Shown: piece by piece, positions 18,287 through 29,492 of the stretch
How the letters are laid out: every line of letters begins with the position of its first letter
How positions within the stretch are numbered: position 1 is the first letter of the stretch
NCBI GenBank assembly: GCA_965228855.1
Contig: CBDDIJ010000005.1
Location: forward strand, 416,001 to 480,000
Direction: 5' to 3'
DNA: 64,000 nt
Origin: Candidatus Obscuribacterales bacterium
Lineage (GTDB): Bacteria; Cyanobacteriota; Vampirovibrionia; Obscuribacterales; Obscuribacteraceae
Position numbers and translations under genes: made by a program
The notes under the pieces: model-generated
Told to the model about the DNA's origin: nothing
The model's database searches: none
What the model saw: only the letters and a program-made list of their open reading frames with translations

Positions 18287-19303
18287 TCACTTTCCTTCCA
18301 GCCAATACAGACGGTATTGCTTCCACTCATCTTCGTCCATCGTATATTCGGCAAAGGGTGCAACGCCCTCGAAAACGTCAGGCACCGCATCTGGTGACGC
18401 TAATCCTTGCCTGATTCCCTTGAGCGCTGTCACGAGATTCTCGCTGTATGTCATGTGTGCCGGCGTCCCTTTGTCCGTGTCGTATACAGGAATTCCGATT
18501 ATCACCGAGCATAGATGTTTCAAATCATCTTTGGACGCGGCGTTGCGCACAGCGCGAGTAACCTGAATGGCTTGCTGTTGCATAAGCCAGACATACGCAC
18601 GAGGATGATAGAGCCAGGAGTCGTATCCCATAACAGCAATCTGGTCGCAATGTGCAGAAATCACAGAAAAATGCTCGGAATCCCAACCCCAAAGCGCTCC
18701 GGGGTACCACATAGGAGTTGCCACCGAGAGAAGTTTCTCCGAACCAATCGCTGCGCGCGTCTCATCCAGTAACAGAGGAAACGTTTTGTCAGTGTTCGGG
18801 AAAAACTCATAGTCGAGTTGCACACCGTCAAACCCGCACTTTTCCGTTAGCCACTGGCAGGAAGCGACAAGATTCTCACGAGAATCTTTATCCTCAAGAT
18901 CAACCCCGACACGTCCAAAATTACTGGGCACATACAGCCAAGCCACTACCCGCACTTTGGGCAGTCGGCGGTGCAGCAGCTCGACAAGTTCGCGCGCCGG
19001 CTCTTCATACTTAAACAGCAAATTTCCATGACTGTCGGTGCTGCGCACATGGAAGTACGCATACTTAATCTGATTCGCAGATAAACGCTCGATAAGCTCA
19101 TCTCTCTCCTGCAGAGACTTTTTGCCGAAATACCAGAGATAACGAAGCCAGATGCCATTGGCACCTTTATTGAAGCTACTCCCGCCAGGTGGATTTAAAC
19201 TCAGATAGCTCACACAATCAGCCACAAATGCGACCGTCAACGCGACTAATACGCCGGCACTGATTCTAATTAACTTCAATCGGGATGCTCGTGCTGATGT
19301 CAT
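18287..19303 (-). CDS. Membrane-anchored GH18-like (TIM-barrel) glycoside hydrolase
   Basis: N-terminal TM, FDGVQLDYE (variant of the GH18 DxxDxDxE motif), DQIAVMGYD, IGIPVY. ATGA overlap with the STM4013-like gene. Confidence 0.75.
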   Translation of the reverse strand: MTSARASRLKLIRISAGVLVALTVAFVADCVSYLSLNPPGGSSFNKGANGIWLRYLWYFGKKSLQERDELIERLSANQIKYAYFHVRSTDSHGNLLFKYEEPARELVELLHRRLPKVRVVAWLYVPSNFGRVGVDLEDKDSRENLVASCQWLTEKCGFDGVQLDYEFFPNTDKTFPLLLDETRAAIGSEKLLSVATPMWYPGALWGWDSEHFSVISAHCDQIAVMGYDSWLYHPRAYVWLMQQQAIQVTRAVRNAASKDDLKHLCSVIIGIPVYDTDKGTPAHMTYSENLVTALKGIRQGLASPDAVPDVFEGVAPFAEYTMDEDEWKQYRLYWLEGK

Positions 19304-20106
19304 TTAGACTGAGGTAAAACAAACTCGCTGTATGGAACATTCCAGACACATTCATGTGAAACGCGATGCCCGACAAACCCATCCTCACCATATGCGGTGC
19401 CATGATCAGAAAAGATTAGAACTAACAAAGGAGCTCGCCTTCTCATTGTATCGAGAAGTTCCGGAAGCTGCTTGTCTACATAAGAAAGTGCCTGCGCCTG
19501 CGTTTCCTTCGAATCCTCGGTTGCACCGTCCGTAAAAATACAATTTGGCTGATGCAGCGCGGATACGTTCAAGAAGAGAAAAAGTCGTTTCTCACTGTCA
19601 GTTTTATTGATTATTTCCGTAGCCAACCGAACCTGGTTCGCTGTCGAATTTCGATCGGTAACGCCCAGTGACTTACTCCAGTAACTCTCTGAGAAGAAAG
19701 CGGGTAGAGCGTTGCCCAGTGGATTTAGTTTGTTGAAGAAACCGACTCCGCCTATGCAAACGGTTCTATAACCTTGTGAGGCGAATCCGGAAATTATGTC
19801 CGGAGTATCGAACACAACAGTGCTATCACCCGTGGTGACGCTTCCTTCGAACTTAACGGCAAATAGACGCTCATGTTCACCTGGTGTCGCAGGAGTTGGC
19901 AGAAAGCCAGTGAAGAACGCTTGATGCGCGGGAAGTGTGAAATTACCGGGACTGTGCCTTAGCTCCCATTTACCTCCGGGAAGCAACGCCTTTATGTTAG
20001 GAGTCAAACCCGCATCAAGCGCCTCAACAGCTACATCGTAACGTAGCGCATCCAGTGTGACGAGAAGAACGTCATGCGTCCCCACAATTTCTCGAGCGTT
20101 AAGCAT
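19300..20106 (-). CDS. STM4013/SEN3800-family hydrolase (alkaline phosphatase/sulfatase superfamily)
   Basis: VGTHDVLLVTLDALRYDVA, RHSPGNFTLPAH, CIGGVGFFNK, SALHQP, SDHGTAYGEDG..GHR. Confidence 0.85.
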   Translation of the reverse strand: MLNAREIVGTHDVLLVTLDALRYDVAVEALDAGLTPNIKALLPGGKWELRHSPGNFTLPAHQAFFTGFLPTPATPGEHERLFAVKFEGSVTTGDSTVVFDTPDIISGFASQGYRTVCIGGVGFFNKLNPLGNALPAFFSESYWSKSLGVTDRNSTANQVRLATEIINKTDSEKRLFLFLNVSALHQPNCIFTDGATEDSKETQAQALSYVDKQLPELLDTMRRRAPLLVLIFSDHGTAYGEDGFVGHRVSHECVWNVPYSEFVLPQSK

Positions 20107-21274
20107 TGACGCCCACCTTGCTGAGCCGGTGCCGCATCGCCTTCAGTTCCCACTCGTAAGTGCTCAATCCATCGCAGAGTATCCCCGGCAACAGGTCGCC
20201 AAAGGCGTTAGCTTCAGACACCACATGGCTGCGCATATCGGAACTGACAAGAACGTCGATGCCCAGGTATAAACAATTCGGAAAAACTCCAGCGACCCGA
20301 CGGCACGAGTTCATCACCTCCGTCCAAAATAATTCACCCATGGCCTTGCGAACACTTTGCAACTGCCCACGACCGTTTAATAAATGCAAATTCGTAAAAG
20401 GTGTGAGACTTTCACGAACGACCACATGCCTGCATTCACCGCCTATGGTGACAACTCGCAAATCGAACGTTTTCCCGTTCAACCCTGCTTTGGGGTACCA
20501 TTTCTCGACAAATATATTGTGCTCGCCTAATCGATCGATCAGAGTGCGAATCTCTTGAATATCATAGATACGCCGCACTCTTCGCGTGTTATAGATCCTA
20601 GTTTTACCTCCGGTGGAAACGGCTTCCACGGTGGTAGAAGCTAACTGTCGGTTTTGGCTTCGTTCAAAAGCAACAATGCCCGAGGCACTTGAACTATGAG
20701 CCGGTTTTACAAAAACTCGATTGCACTCGTTCCTATCCATAAGTTCAACGAGATCGTTGAACTTATGGATAGGACCAAGCAACTTCGTCGTCCTGATTTC
20801 AGCAAGGCGAAACAGCTCGTGGCACCTAATTTTATCAAATAGAATCTCTATATCGGTAGCAGAGTTCATAACCATATGCGGTGCACTCGCCTTCAATTGC
20901 ACGTCAATCAGTCTCAAGAGGCGACACCATCCCTGATACCATTGGTGCTGCGACAAAATTAATCCGCGATCAAATTGCAGAGCATCGATATCGTCATGGC
21001 ACAATGCTCCCGGGAGATTGAAATCACTTTCCTTGCTGCTAATTCCGAGACGCAACAAATCCCGCTCCAACTCAAAATCCTTTCCTGGGGATTCGATTCG
21101 AACAATATCATCGGGTTCAACTATGTCGGAAAGCTCTACCGCACCGCGAATCAGCCCCTGGAAGGAAACGACAATGATCCCCTCGATACTCTGACCGTAC
21201 TCACTTTGCTCAAGTGTGTTTCGAAACAGCTCGAGCCGTCTGCCCTCAGTTCCAATCCAGACCAGGCGACGCAT
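20099..21274 (-). CDS. STM4014-family ATP-grasp protein
   Basis: VRIESPG, FDK..CH, RVFVKPAHSSSASG, FDLRVV, TNLHLLNGRG, GIDVL, EANAFGDLLP. Confidence 0.82.
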   Translation of the reverse strand: MRRLVWIGTEGRRLELFRNTLEQSEYGQSIEGIIVVSFQGLIRGAVELSDIVEPDDIVRIESPGKDFELERDLLRLGISSKESDFNLPGALCHDDIDALQFDRGLILSQHQWYQGWCRLLRLIDVQLKASAPHMVMNSATDIEILFDKIRCHELFRLAEIRTTKLLGPIHKFNDLVELMDRNECNRVFVKPAHSSSASGIVAFERSQNRQLASTTVEAVSTGGKTRIYNTRRVRRIYDIQEIRTLIDRLGEHNIFVEKWYPKAGLNGKTFDLRVVTIGGECRHVVVRESLTPFTNLHLLNGRGQLQSVRKAMGELFWTEVMNSCRRVAGVFPNCLYLGIDVLVSSDMRSHVVSEANAFGDLLPGILCDGLSTYEWELKAMRHRLSKVGVNA

Positions 21275-22218
21275 TATTCACTGACCGCGATGAAACGCCA
21301 GATGGTTCCATCCTCTTCGCGATCACCCTCTTGCTTATCATCCAGATTTACTTTGATACCAAGGCTAAGAAATTTCTTGCTCATTTCATCCGACAAATAG
21401 TGGTAGTGGAGATCTAGATAGTCGAGATTCTTAAGATGCGGGCATTTGAGAAGAGCTTCACCACCTGTATCAGTCATGGTGCCCATCGACAAATCAAGCA
21501 CCCGGAGTTTTGAAACAACTTTCGATCTTGCAATCAGCTCCGCAATTTCGTCGGCCTTCTCAGAATTTTTCAAGCCAAGATATCGGAGCTTCGGAAAGTA
21601 GTCTCCGTTTATCAACCTATCAATGCTATCAATCGTGTACTCGGCGCCGTAATTCTCCTCGCCGAGCCAAATTTCGAGGTGCTCGAGTTCCGGAAGTCTG
21701 GTAGCCAGGTCACTGGGAACGTCTGCAGGCAAACCGCTACATTGCAGAACAAAAGAACGCAAGTCTTTGCATTTACCTAAGCCATCACCAATCGTCAAAC
21801 CTCCGGCACCTCGAATGGCAAAGTGCGTCAACTTGGGAAATGCTGTCCACAATTCACCTATATCGCCGTGATCGAGCCACGAGCACTCGGACTCCTCCAT
21901 AATCACATCGCCGAAAAACATCTGGCGAAGACCGCAAAGCTTATCCTTGTATTTCACAAGAAGCTCGACGATAAACTCTGTATCCTGAGACCCAACATCT
22001 TCCCACGGACCTATCACTAGTGATTCCAGGTGCTCTACAAGCGGATCGGCGAGCAGTCGATCAAGTTTGTCCTCCCAGTAAAGACCATCATCCTCGTACT
22101 CACTGTAGGTTAAACTGACACGAATCGCTTCACCGTGAGGGTCAATGATTCTCTTATTCGTGTCAAAGTCGACTACCGGCTTGCCACAAAATTGAATAAG
22201 ATGTTCATTGATTGTCAT
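21274..22218 (-). CDS. STM4015-family leucine-rich-repeat protein
   Basis: LVIGPW, FFGDV..EESECSW, LEHLEIWLG...YG, FPKLRYLGLKNS, LRVLDLSMGTMTD.G, LDLHYHYLS, and a C-terminal RFIAVSE. Confidence 0.85.
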   Translation of the reverse strand: MTINEHLIQFCGKPVVDFDTNKRIIDPHGEAIRVSLTYSEYEDDGLYWEDKLDRLLADPLVEHLESLVIGPWEDVGSQDTEFIVELLVKYKDKLCGLRQMFFGDVIMEESECSWLDHGDIGELWTAFPKLTHFAIRGAGGLTIGDGLGKCKDLRSFVLQCSGLPADVPSDLATRLPELEHLEIWLGEENYGAEYTIDSIDRLINGDYFPKLRYLGLKNSEKADEIAELIARSKVVSKLRVLDLSMGTMTDTGGEALLKCPHLKNLDYLDLHYHYLSDEMSKKFLSLGIKVNLDDKQEGDREEDGTIWRFIAVSE

Positions 22219-22263
22219 TCGATCCCCTCAGGCTTAGAGCGATTCGGCTGCGCGTGCATCAAA

Positions 22264-22962
22264 TCAGTAATTACTTCGCTCGGTTGAGTTCAGCTTGACG
22301 CTTGTAACGAACAACCGAATTTTTTTCTGACCGGCAACGCGAATTGGTTTACCGTCAATGCTTGCTGCCCAAATGGCAACAAGGTCGGTACCGTTGCAAA
22401 TGGCAGTGATCGTTCCCGGAGGCGCTTCCCACTCATCAGGAGGGTCGTCCTCCCACTCACTCGCCTGCGTCGCGGTCAAACTTGGATCGAACTGCAATCG
22501 GATTCGTTTATCACCGAGGGCACCGAATGTGGTGGTCGGTTCGAGACTGTCATTTTCGAATCCACTGGAAGCATTGTTCACGACATTGGTAGGACCAGAG
22601 TAGTATTGATAGAACGGATCGGTGCTGAAACCGGCTGAAGATTGCAATTTTCCAGACTCAAAGGGATTGTTGGGACAGAGTTCGTTCAACTGACGAACAG
22701 CGTCATTCTCTTGATCGCCTGGTTCAGGCCAGTGGCGGTTCCAAATACAATATTGACTTATCCAAGAAGCGATTCGGACCATCTGTTCATAGAGTTCCGT
22801 GTCAGCTTGGGAAGTCGCAAGTCTGCGCTCCATGCGTTTCTCGACGCGCTCAAGTTTCGCATCGTCGTCCATCGAATCGTCATCGCCGAGCGCTGCAGCT
22901 GGGACCTGACCAGAGACCAGGAACAAGATGGCGATCAACGTGTTTCGAAACGCCTGTTTCAT
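22264..22962 (-). CDS. Hypothetical secreted protein
   Basis: Signal peptide MKQAFRNTLIAILFLVSGQVPAAALG; mature region contains WP...PNNPF...PPGTI. Confidence 0.65.
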   Translation of the reverse strand: MKQAFRNTLIAILFLVSGQVPAAALGDDDSMDDDAKLERVEKRMERRLATSQADTELYEQMVRIASWISQYCIWNRHWPEPGDQENDAVRQLNELCPNNPFESGKLQSSAGFSTDPFYQYYSGPTNVVNNASSGFENDSLEPTTTFGALGDKRIRLQFDPSLTATQASEWEDDPPDEWEAPPGTITAICNGTDLVAIWAASIDGKPIRVAGQKKIRLFVTSVKLNSTERSNY

Positions 22963-23011
22963 AGATAAATATCCCGAAGTGCAAGCCAATTATACCCGGC
23001 GAGAAGAATGC

Positions 23012-23043
23012 AAAAAAATGAGGGAGCCTTTCGACCCCCTCAT
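23012..23043 (-). terminator. Intrinsic terminator after groEL
   Basis: Minus strand ATGAGGGGGTC-GAAA-GGCTCCCTCAT followed by a T run. Confidence 0.85.
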
Positions 23044-23067
23044 TCGTTTTATCATTGGTTTCTTCGA

Positions 23068-25139
<2,072 letters not shown>

Positions 25140-25358
25140 TGCAGTATCCTCCTTATTAGCTAGAACACAAACCGAAACAGATACGCAGTCCAACCAGAGT
25201 TATTGGGGAGGCTGCGAAAAATCTTTCACACCAAAGTTTATAAACTCAGCTTGTCCTTTGCTGACTTCCGCCGTTTTTCTTAAGATTTTGTTCGATCGCA
25301 GTTCTAAACCGGCTTCAGTACTGGAGCCTGTTTCGGGTGTTTATCGCGACAAGGTCTG

Positions 25359-27044
25359 TTAAGAGTCTTTGCCTTGACCCTTCTTCTTGCCAACGAGGGA
25401 GCCGGTAGACGTCAGCCATGACGCGTACTCCGGAGCTACCGTAAGTCTGCTTTGCAGCCGCTGCTGTCGTTCAGAGATTACTGCCATTCGTGCCTGGTTA
25501 GCCAGGTCGGTCCAAGCAAGCTCACCGGGCTTAAGGTTGCCCGCCAGCCGCACGATTTTGACACGGTCGCGCCCCTCGAACTTCGCGATGTCTAAAGCCT
25601 GCTCAGCACCCACCAGAAGCTCTTCAGCATTGGCAGCGATACTGGGGAATGACGAGACGCCGATCGAAACGGTTAGAGTTCCGATGCCCGGAGCCGTTCG
25701 ATCCCGAACGGCCTGCCGCACCCGGTCAGCGACTTCGTAAACATTAGCTCCGGGTGTTTCCGGAAGTATGACGGCAATTTCTTCGCCGCCGTATCGGCAG
25801 GCTATGTCGATGTCTCTCAAGGTGTCCTTCACGACGGCTGCAACATGCCTGATCGCTTCATCACCCTTTTCTTGGCCAAGATGTTCGTTGATCTGGCCGA
25901 GATGGTCGATGTCGATGAGCAGAAGACCCAGTTCGTGCTTATGACGGTCAGAGCGCTCCACTTCCTTGGGCAAAGCATCCTGGAAGTACAGCCGATTGTA
26001 TAACCCGGTATGCACATCAAGCGCGGACTGTTGCGAAGCGGACTGGTGTGTGAGCGCGACATTTAAAGCTGTACCGACTTGCGCGGCAAGGGATTCTAGT
26101 AGCTCTACCTGTTCGCGATGGAAAGCGCGCGGCTCGGTTGAGAAAACTTCGAGGGCACCAATGGCGGCATCACCATAAATGATCGGCAAAGCGACCACGC
26201 TCTGGAAAGGGCTGCCACCGGTGGCTCTAGGCATGCCATAAGGCTCCCGCGATCCTTCTCCAAGATATTCGGTGCGACCGTTTCGCAAGCTGGAGCCGGC
26301 CACTGAACCGGCGAATGACAGATCGAATTCATTCAAGCTCGCGCCCTCGAGCCCCTTGAAGGCGGCGAGGTTAAAGCGGTCGGATGTTTCGTTCAAAATA
26401 AGAACAGCACAGCAGGGTGTGTTACCGAGAATGACAGCGGTGTCTGCTGCGATTTGCAACACTTCGTTGACCTGAAGCATGCTGCCGGAGAGCGCGCATG
26501 ATGTTTTATACAGTGTATTTAAACGCTCACGCTCATATTCGCTACGTCCGAACAAAATTGAGTTAGCTACTGCAAGAGCAGTTACGTCGGCCACCTCTTT
26601 ATAGAAATCGATGTAGGCAAGAATGCTGGCATTGCTTACTTCCATCAAGACTGCGCCGACCAGGAGATTGGCTGAAATAAGTGGAAGCGCGATTTGCCCC
26701 TGACTGCCTTCTCTTTTCATTATTTGCGCAGATAGATCCGGAGCAGATTCGGGGTCACTGGACGAGACTGGACTGCGTTGTTGAACTACATATTTGAGTA
26801 AGCCGTCGAGGTTGAACGGAACGATACGCAGCTGTTCAAGGGTCTTTTCAGAATAGCCCTTTGCCGCCATCAGCTTGAACGACATACTCTCGTTGTCGGA
26901 GAGGAAAAATGCGACCTTTGCGCCGCCTGCCAACTCGGAAAACTGGATAACGGCCGCGTCCAGAACATCCTTAAGCCTCAATGAGGAAAGGAGAGCTTTC
27001 TGCAGCGCTATGTATCTTTGCAGGAGATTGCCGTCATTTGCCAT
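25359..27044 (-). CDS. GAF-GAF-GGDEF diguanylate cyclase
   Basis: Two GAF-like segments, D.HTGLYNR, DIDH...INE..G...GD, RDID I-site five residues before GGEEI, AKFEGRDR. Confidence 0.9.
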   Translation of the reverse strand: MANDGNLLQRYIALQKALLSSLRLKDVLDAAVIQFSELAGGAKVAFFLSDNESMSFKLMAAKGYSEKTLEQLRIVPFNLDGLLKYVVQQRSPVSSSDPESAPDLSAQIMKREGSQGQIALPLISANLLVGAVLMEVSNASILAYIDFYKEVADVTALAVANSILFGRSEYERERLNTLYKTSCALSGSMLQVNEVLQIAADTAVILGNTPCCAVLILNETSDRFNLAAFKGLEGASLNEFDLSFAGSVAGSSLRNGRTEYLGEGSREPYGMPRATGGSPFQSVVALPIIYGDAAIGALEVFSTEPRAFHREQVELLESLAAQVGTALNVALTHQSASQQSALDVHTGLYNRLYFQDALPKEVERSDRHKHELGLLLIDIDHLGQINEHLGQEKGDEAIRHVAAVVKDTLRDIDIACRYGGEEIAVILPETPGANVYEVADRVRQAVRDRTAPGIGTLTVSIGVSSFPSIAANAEELLVGAEQALDIAKFEGRDRVKIVRLAGNLKPGELAWTDLANQARMAVISERQQRLQSRLTVAPEYASWLTSTGSLVGKKKGQGKDS

Positions 27045-27181
27045 CGGAAAATTTGCTCCGTCCGTGAAAAAGCGAGTGTGCCAACTGTCAAGCTGGTATC
27101 GTTTTGAAGATAATAAGCATAAACTTCAAACTAAAAAGAAACTACCCATCTTTCCAGAATTGACACAGGAGAGTTGACAAA

Positions 27182-27538
27182 ATGTCGCCAAGTGGAACAT
27201 CGGATCCGAACTGTCTGTTTTGCAAAATAACTAGAAAAGATATTCCTGCAAACATTGTTAGCGAGGACGATGAATTCGTCGCGTTTAGAGACATCAACGC
27301 TCAGGCGCCTTCTCATGTTCTTGTAATTCCGAAAGAACATATCCGCAACATCAGTGAAGCTGGCGATGCGGAACAACTCGGCAAACTATTTCAAAAGGCG
27401 TGCCAGGTTGCACGCAGTGAGAAACTGGACGGTGGTTTTCGAGTCGTCGTTAACACCGGTGACGACGCGGGTCAAACAGTGCATCACGTGCACGTGCATG
27501 TGATGGGCGGGCGTCGTATGAACTGGCCGCCGGGCTAG
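27182..27538 (+). CDS. hinT: Histidine triad nucleotide-binding protein
   Basis: CLFCKI, AFRDINAQAPSHVLVIPK, GQTVHHVHVHVMGGR..WPPG. Confidence 0.95.
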   Translation: MSPSGTSDPNCLFCKITRKDIPANIVSEDDEFVAFRDINAQAPSHVLVIPKEHIRNISEAGDAEQLGKLFQKACQVARSEKLDGGFRVVVNTGDDAGQTVHHVHVHVMGGRRMNWPPG

Positions 27539-27866
27539 GCAGACGGCTCACCTGATAGCGCCGTAACAGAACGGACTGAATATATGCAATTGATAGCCTC
27601 TGAAAACCGGCATAACCGCTAGGCTGGGCGAATATTGTTTTTGTAGTCTATCGACAATTTTCTCCAGTTTCGCGTGTATCGAAACTGGGTATTACAACAT
27701 TGTGGAGGCATTCGACGATTTCGGCGAAGCACCACGAAAAAAAGCATCTTCGAAGCCGGTGATGAAAGTCGCCGGGAGAGCGGATTCTCAAAGAATTCAC
27801 TAACACAAAGAAGATTTCGGTAAGACAGAAAGGCGTCGCAAGATCGCTTTCTAGAGGGTAAGGACA

Positions 27867-28085
27867 ATGGGCACAAAAGACTCAACCGAACAAATTCTCT
27901 GGATGGCTGACTGCTATAGCCTTGCCAAGCGCTTTCCCAATCCGCACACCTGGCTATCGCTTTTAGAACCAGTTGAAGTGGCCGATGTCGAGAAGTTGAA
28001 CCCTTTTCACTATTGGCTCTGGATGGAGATATGGAAAGCAGCTCAAACGGATTCACCAGCATCGGTGCCCGTCGGCAAGGTCTAG
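27867..28085 (+). CDS. Hypothetical small Trp-rich protein
   Basis: AAGGA RBS-like sequence just upstream of the ATG; occupies an otherwise empty gap of about 770 bp; no recognised family. Confidence 0.45.
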   Translation: MGTKDSTEQILWMADCYSLAKRFPNPHTWLSLLEPVEVADVEKLNPFHYWLWMEIWKAAQTDSPASVPVGKV

Positions 28086-28310
28086 TAGCTTGAGCTAAAC
28101 GGCTGCAGACAAATGCGACCAGTTAGCTGAGCTGACGATTTTCAATCTCTCACTGACGAAGAAGCGAAGTTTCACGACGAAACTCTGCTTGGTCCAACGC
28201 GCTGTAGGACAAGACGAACTTCGAGGGATCAGCGAAGCTTTTGCATTAGAGAGGAAATGGGCGCACGGAAACGCGCTGCTCATGCCGATCGGATTGTGAG
28301 ATCGCAAAAG

Positions 28311-29384
28311 CTAGAGCGCTGGCTTGGCGCACATGAGTTGAGGTGACGGCTGCGCCATAGCCGTCACCTCAAAGTGCTTTGACTGTTGTGGTATGACGGC
28401 CGAGTCGCCGACGATGCTGTTCTCAATTCGTGCACCACGCTTAACATGGCTGCCTGACCAAATTAAGACGTTATTGAGCACGACGTCTTCTTCGATCACG
28501 CAATCATCGCCTATCACGACGCTGCCAATCAAACGAGTCCCCTTGCCGACTCGCGAGCGATTGCCAAGCAAAATTCTGCCGTCCAACTCTGCATCCTCAT
28601 GCAGATCGGCTTGCTCACCGAGGTAGGCGAGACTGTCGTTGCGTGTGGTTTTCTCCGCGGGAATCTCCACGTCGACAAGACCGTTCAACGCATCGAAATT
28701 GGACTGTCGGTATTGAGCGATTGTGCCTACATCAGACCAGTATGTTTTAAACTCGATTCCAAGAACAGGAGCGCCTTTTGCCACGAGTTCCGGAAACAAT
28801 TGACGACCAAAGCCATACACACCATCAGCCGGCATATGACTGAAAATTTCCGGCTCAAGAATATAAATTCCGGTCGACGCTAAATTAGACAGCGCCTCGG
28901 ATTGTTTGGGCTTCTCTTGAAACCCTTTGATAAAGCCATTCTCGTCAGTGACAACCACGCCGAACTGTTCCACGTCAGGAACTTGTTTTACAGCGATACT
29001 AGCGAGAGCGCCTTTGCGTTTATGCTCTTCAACAAGCGCGGTGAGATCGCAGTCCGTCAGCAGATCGCCCATCATGATGATGAAGGTGTCATCCTTGAGG
29101 AAGTCCTTGCATGCTCTGACACCACCGGCGTCACCACTGAGAACTTCCTCTTTTCGAAATTGAAGATCGATGCCGAAGCGCTTGCCGTCGCCAAAATGCT
29201 CAATAAGCTGATCCGGAAGGTAGTGCAGATTCGCAATCAAATCCTTGTAGCCGTGCTTTTTCAAAAGATTGATGATGTGCTCCATCACAGGCACATTCGT
29301 AATCGGCACGAGGGGCTTGGGCACCCTGGATGTAAGCGGGTCAAGCCTGGAACCCACGCCTGCCGCTAGAACCATTGCCTTCAT
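28311..29384 (-). CDS. NDP-sugar synthase (mannose-1-phosphate guanylyltransferase-like)
   Basis: MKAMVLAAGVGSRLDPLT..PKPLVP, FQEKP, TGIYI.EP, YWSDVG, and C-terminal hexapeptide (left-handed beta-helix) repeats. Confidence 0.92.
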   Translation of the reverse strand: MKAMVLAAGVGSRLDPLTSRVPKPLVPITNVPVMEHIINLLKKHGYKDLIANLHYLPDQLIEHFGDGKRFGIDLQFRKEEVLSGDAGGVRACKDFLKDDTFIIMMGDLLTDCDLTALVEEHKRKGALASIAVKQVPDVEQFGVVVTDENGFIKGFQEKPKQSEALSNLASTGIYILEPEIFSHMPADGVYGFGRQLFPELVAKGAPVLGIEFKTYWSDVGTIAQYRQSNFDALNGLVDVEIPAEKTTRNDSLAYLGEQADLHEDAELDGRILLGNRSRVGKGTRLIGSVVIGDDCVIEEDVVLNNVLIWSGSHVKRGARIENSIVGDSAVIPQQSKHFEVTAMAQPSPQLMCAKPAL

Positions 29385-29492
29385 CAGATACCTTCCTCCA
29401 CAAAAATAACGCCGGAGTTCTACTGAGCCCAAAGCGCACTGAAAGTTTGCACTAGTCAAGCAGCAGAGCGACTCATAAGATTTCTCAACAGC

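Noticed and set aside
25140..25358. CIRCE/HrcA operator upstream of groES
   Set aside because: I looked for TTAGCACTC-N9-GAGTGCTAA and did not find it.
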